Origin: Trichodesmium erythraeum IMS101 | Lineage (GTDB): Bacteria > Cyanobacteriota > Cyanobacteriia > Cyanobacteriales > Microcoleaceae | DNA: 32,000 bases | NCBI RefSeq assembly: GCF_000014265.1 | Contig: NC_008312.1 | Coordinates: forward strand, 1,230,001 to 1,262,000 | Reading direction: 5' to 3' | Part shown: one piece after another, positions 28,410 through 32,000 of the stretch | Position numbering within the stretch: position 1 is the stretch's first letter | How the letters are laid out: each line of letters starts with the position of its first letter | Translations under genes and position numbers: made by a program | Notes under the pieces: generated by a model | What the model was told of the DNA's origin: nothing | Seen by the model: the letters and a program-made list of their open reading frames with translations, nothing else | Databases searched by the model: none

Positions 28410-30767
28410 ATGTCTAAAATAGCAGAACAAATTCGTATCTATGGCACTGTCCAAGGTGTAGGTTTTCGCCCTACAGTCTACCGCATTGCTAAAACATTAG
28501 GGTTGTGCGGTGAAGTTAGTAATGATGGGCAAGGTGTTTTAATTAAAGTTGTAGGCGATCGCTCGACTATTGACCAGTTGATCGAAAAAATACATTCTGA
28601 ACGCCCTCCACTTGCCGATATCGAAACCATTACCCGACAGCACTTGGAAAATGCAAATTTCCTAGATTTTATCATTACCTCAAGCAACAACAACAGCGTT
28701 CGTACCAAAATAGCACCCGATGCTGCAACCTGCTCCAACTGCAAACATGAAATCCTTGACCCTTTGAGTCGTTGGTATCGCTACCCATTTACTAACTGTA
28801 CCCACTGCGGACCCCGCTTCAGTATTACTAAAAAATTACCTTATGATCGCAAAAATACAACTATGGCAGATTTTAACTTTTGCCCAGAATGTCAGGAAGA
28901 ATATTCCGATCCCCTTAACCGTCGCTTCCACGCTCAACCTATTGCCTGTCATGTTTGTGGACCGAAAGCTTGGTTAGAAAGAGCAGATGGTAAACCAGTC
29001 ACTGCTGATATGTTCTCAATGTTAGATGATGTGGATGCGCTCTGTACTCTGATCCAACGAGGAATGATAGTTGCTGTCAAAGGCTTAGGTGGCTTTCACC
29101 TTGCTTGCGATGCCACTAATGAGGAAGCGGTACAAAAATTACGTTATCGCAAACGTCGCCCAGATAAACCTTTAGCATTGATGGCACGAGATATTGAGGT
29201 GATTTCCGAATATTGTAGTATTAGTGAGATGGAACACAAATTATTATCAAGTGTAGCTGCTCCTATTGTGTTGTTATCTGCCAACGGTAGCAAACAGGTT
29301 GCTCCTAGTGTTGCACCTGGACAAAATACTTTGGGTTTTATGCTACCATATACTCCATTGCATCATTTAGCACTGCGTCGTTTGAATGTTCCCATGGTAT
29401 TAACAAGTGGCAATTTTTCTGATGAACCTCAGTGTATTGATAATGAAGAAACTCGGGAAAAACTATCAGGAATTGCTGATTATTTTCTCATACATAATCG
29501 CCCTATTTTTAATCGGGTTGATGATTCTGTGGTACGAGTTATTAAAGAAGTGCCTCAAGTATTACGTCGAGCTCGTGGTTATGCTCCTGCCCCAATTAAT
29601 TTACCTCCTGGATTTGCTAATATTTCTCCTATTTTGGCAATGGGAAGTCAGTTAAAAAATACTTTTTGTTTATTGCGTGATGGTCAAGCTATTTTATCTC
29701 AACATATTGGGGATTTAAAAAATAGTTTAGCTGTCACGGCTTATCAAAAAACTTTGAATCTTTTTTTGGAGTTATTGGAGGCTAAACCTAGTAATATTGT
29801 TGTTGATAAACACCCAGAATATTTATCAACAAAACTAGGAAAAGATTTGGCAAATACTAATAATTCAAAAATTATAGAAGTGCAGCATCATCATAGTCAT
29901 ATAGCAGCTTGTATGGTTGAAAATGGATTAGATATTGATTGTCAGCCTGTTTTAGGAATTGCTCTAGACGGGTTGGGTTATGGGGAAGATGGAACTATTT
30001 GGGGAGGAGAATTTTTATTAGCAAATTATCACGGTTTTGAACGTTTAGGAACTTTTAAACCTGTAGCAATGATTGGAGGAGAACAGGCAATTTATCAACC
30101 TTGGCGGAATACTTATGCACATTTAGTAGCTGCTTTTGGTGTAGATTTTATTAAGAATTATGAATGTTTGGAATTATTTAGTTTTTTGCAAACAAAACCT
30201 CTAGCTTTGCTAAATCAAATGATAGAAAAAAAGATTAATTCTCCCCTGGCTTCTTCTTGTGGACGGTTATTTGATGCGGTAGCTGCTGCGATTGGAATTT
30301 GCCAAGAATCTTGTAGTTATGAAGGCCAAGCTGCTATCAGTTTGGAGACTTTAGCAACAGAATATTTGTTAAATGATTCTGAAGAAATTGAGAGTTATCA
30401 ATTGGATCTGTTACAAATGGAAAATGTAAGTAAATTCCCTCTTACTTATATAGTGCCACAGCCAATGTGGCAATCTTTACTGATAGATACAAAACAAAGT
30501 GCCACTCCAGCTCTGATGGCAGCTAAATTTCATCAAGGGTTAGCGAAGGCTATTTCTAAGATGGTAGCTGAATTACATCAGAGTTGTGAGTTTAATCAGG
30601 TAGCTTTGACTGGTGGAGTATTTCAAAATCAATTGTTACTTTCTCTAGTGAGCGATCGCTTAATTAAAATGGGGTTAGACGTATTGACTCATCGTCAAGT
30701 TCCAGCTAATGATGGTGGTTTATCTCTAGGTCAAGTAGCGATCGCTGCGGCTAGACTGAGAATGTAA
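28410..30767 (+). CDS. hypF: [NiFe]-hydrogenase maturation carbamoyltransferase HypF
   Basis: 785 aa. It has an acylphosphatase domain (IYGTVQGVGFRPTVYRIA), two CxxC Zn-finger pairs (CSNCKHE...CTHCGPRFS; CPECQEEY...CHVCGP), a YrdC-like domain (VKGLGGFHLACDA) and a Kae1-like C-terminus (ALTGGVFQN...NDGGLSLGQ). Confidence 0.95.
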   Translation: MSKIAEQIRIYGTVQGVGFRPTVYRIAKTLGLCGEVSNDGQGVLIKVVGDRSTIDQLIEKIHSERPPLADIETITRQHLENANFLDFIITSSNNNSVRTKIAPDAATCSNCKHEILDPLSRWYRYPFTNCTHCGPRFSITKKLPYDRKNTTMADFNFCPECQEEYSDPLNRRFHAQPIACHVCGPKAWLERADGKPVTADMFSMLDDVDALCTLIQRGMIVAVKGLGGFHLACDATNEEAVQKLRYRKRRPDKPLALMARDIEVISEYCSISEMEHKLLSSVAAPIVLLSANGSKQVAPSVAPGQNTLGFMLPYTPLHHLALRRLNVPMVLTSGNFSDEPQCIDNEETREKLSGIADYFLIHNRPIFNRVDDSVVRVIKEVPQVLRRARGYAPAPINLPPGFANISPILAMGSQLKNTFCLLRDGQAILSQHIGDLKNSLAVTAYQKTLNLFLELLEAKPSNIVVDKHPEYLSTKLGKDLANTNNSKIIEVQHHHSHIAACMVENGLDIDCQPVLGIALDGLGYGEDGTIWGGEFLLANYHGFERLGTFKPVAMIGGEQAIYQPWRNTYAHLVAAFGVDFIKNYECLELFSFLQTKPLALLNQMIEKKINSPLASSCGRLFDAVAAAIGICQESCSYEGQAAISLETLATEYLLNDSEEIESYQLDLLQMENVSKFPLTYIVPQPMWQSLLIDTKQSATPALMAAKFHQGLAKAISKMVAELHQSCEFNQVALTGGVFQNQLLLSLVSDRLIKMGLDVLTHRQVPANDGGLSLGQVAIAAARLRM

Positions 30768-30877
30768 AATCAGAGGGACAAGACAAGGAGGAAAAAACAA
30801 GGAGTCGTGGACAGATCGAGGAATTTTAAACAATTTTGATTTTAGTCAAAGTTTGATTAATTTATTTTCATAAAAAT

Positions 30878-31040
30878 ATGTTTAGGAATTCCTGGTCAAA
30901 TTGTTGAAATTACCGATATTGTCAAGAAATTGGCAATAGTTGTATTAGTGGGAAAAAGAGAGGTTAATGATGAAGAAGATTCAGTTGAGTCTTGTTTTGG
31001 TGACTGGGTATCAGTTCATATGGGCAATTCCTGTGAAGCG
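30878..31040 (+). pseudogene. hypC: pseudo-hypC (tandem partial duplicate of the hypC 5' region)
   Basis: 30835-31040 aligns with 31043-31265, covering the leader plus the first ~60 codons of hypC. The copy has lost TG from codon 2 (atgtgtttagga becomes atgtttagga), which removes the Cys and gives a stop after 9 codons. It also has a 15-bp deletion. Confidence 0.85.
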
Positions 31041-31082
31041 TTATTGATTTTAGTAAAAGTTTGATTAACTTATTTAAGAAAA

Positions 31083-31331
31083 ATGTGTTTAGGAATTCCT
31101 GGTCAAATTGTTGAAATTACCGATATTGTCAAGAAATTGGCAATGGTTAGTATTAGTGGAGTCAAAAGAGAGGTTAATATTGCTTGCATTATTGATGAAG
31201 AACATCCGATAGAGTCTTGTGTTGGTGACTGGGTGTTAGTTCATGTGGGTTTTGCCATGAACCGTTTAGATGAAGAAGAAGCCACAGAAACTTTAAAATT
31301 ATTGCAGGAAGTCGCTGCAGTAATGAATTAA
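31083..31331 (+). CDS. hypC: hydrogenase maturation chaperone HypC
   Basis: 82 aa with the MCLGIPGQIVEI N-terminus carrying the invariant Cys2. VGDWVLVHVGFAM is typical of HypC/HupF. Confidence 0.95.
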   Translation: MCLGIPGQIVEITDIVKKLAMVSISGVKREVNIACIIDEEHPIESCVGDWVLVHVGFAMNRLDEEEATETLKLLQEVAAVMN

Positions 31332-31454
31332 AAAGTAGGTTTGTTTGAGTAAGGACACATAGGCTTTTAACTTATGGTATAGTTTCTGATCATCTGTAAT
31401 TATTTTTATTTATGCTACCAGGTTGAATTCAAAACTGAACTGGACCCAAATAAC

Positions 31455-31543
31455 CACTCAAAAAACATTGCTACTCAAACACGAGCTCTGTCACCGGTAG
31501 TGCAAATGCAAACACTGCAATGCTCGTGAGTGAGACTTGAGTG
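31455..31543 (+). other. extended stem-loop within a locally GC-richer insert in the hypC-hypD spacer (candidate structured RNA or repeat element)
   Basis: Pairings: cacgagc (31480-31486) with gctcgtg (31522-31528); ctc (31474-31476) with gag (31532-31534) across a 3x3 internal loop; cactcaa (31455-31461) with ttgagtg (31537-31543). Confidence 0.35.
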
Positions 31544-31719
31544 CAGCCTTAAATTTAGCAATGGAGTTCACCCCGGGGACCTGGATAACACTCACACTGC
31601 CAGCAATAGGGAACAGAAAATTTGTCAAAAATCCAATAATTATTAGATTTTATAAGATTGTTGGAGATTTTTGGGAACGTAAACCTAACATATTATTACA
31701 TTTATTTCTGATAACTGAT

Positions 31720-32000
31720 ATGAAGTACGTTAAAGAATTTCGCGACCCCGACAAAGCACAAGGTTTAGTAAGAGAAATTGCTCAACTCAGCCAAAAGTTA
31801 GGATACACCACGGAACACCCACTAAAAATAATGGAAGTTTGTGGGGGTCACACTCACTCTATTTTTAAATATGGCATTCAAGAAGCTTTACCTAATAATA
31901 TTGAACTAATACATGGCCCTGGCTGTCCAGTTTGCATTATGCCCAGAGGTAGATTAGATGATGCGATCGCTCTGGCAGAAAAACCCAATGTCATTTTTAC
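31720..32000 (+). CDS. hypD: hydrogenase maturation protein HypD (5' partial; continues beyond the window)
   Basis: Open frame from ATG 31720: MKYVKEFRDPDKAQGLVREI...MEVCGGHTHSIFKYGI...IHGPGCPVCIMP. The CGGHTH and GPGCPVC motifs are diagnostic of HypD. Confidence 0.9.
   Translation, partial: MKYVKEFRDPDKAQGLVREIAQLSQKLGYTTEHPLKIMEVCGGHTHSIFKYGIQEALPNNIELIHGPGCPVCIMPRGRLDDAIALAEKPNVIF

Noticed and set aside
28478-29655. ORFs 28478-28744 (-) and 29407-29655 (+) inside hypF
   Set aside because: They are antisense or alternative-frame ORFs within hypF, with low-complexity hydrophobic products.
1-32000. tRNA, rRNA or tmRNA genes
   Set aside because: I scanned for T-loop (GGTTCGAATCC-like) and acceptor-stem patterns and for rRNA-like GC-rich blocks. 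I did not recognise any by eye, and this was not a tRNAscan-grade search.

Overview
This is an AT-rich cyanobacterial chromosome segment. I count 19 copies of the HIP1 octamer GCGATCGC, which is far too many for chance. Low coding density and heavy transposon decay resemble a Trichodesmium-like filamentous diazotroph, but that taxon is an inference only. All homology calls come from reading motifs by eye; no searches were run.

Intact genes, in order:
- cobI/cbiL (-)
- an Flv1-type flavodiiron protein (+)
- glk (+)
- a DUF1802-like protein (+)
- an ABHD14-like alpha/beta hydrolase (+)
- a protein with three PPC-like domains (+)
- a group 2 sigma-70 factor (+)
- a small hypothetical protein (+)
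- cobO (-)
- a six-bladed NHL-repeat protein (+)
- hypF-hypC-hypD (+, hypD runs off the window end)

About half of the window is non-coding. Most of that can be read as decayed mobile DNA:
- one bounded IS5/IS427-like element
- IS630-like relics at four places
- two copies of an IS5/IS1182-like element
- an IS1-like relic nested between inverted IS5 transposase tails
- a group II intron reverse transcriptase relic
- tnpB (IS200/IS605) relics

I did not find a convincing intact multi-gene novel system such as a defence island, CRISPR array or toxin-antitoxin pair. The most unusual structures are:
- a roughly 210-bp tandem array built from an internal tnpB segment (6.4-7.95 kb)
- a 16-kb HIP1-free block
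- 92-bp inverted repeats bracketing the flv gene
- a hyp cluster carrying a pseudo-hypC tandem duplicate, a structured insert between hypC and hypD, and an NHL-repeat gene upstream of hypF
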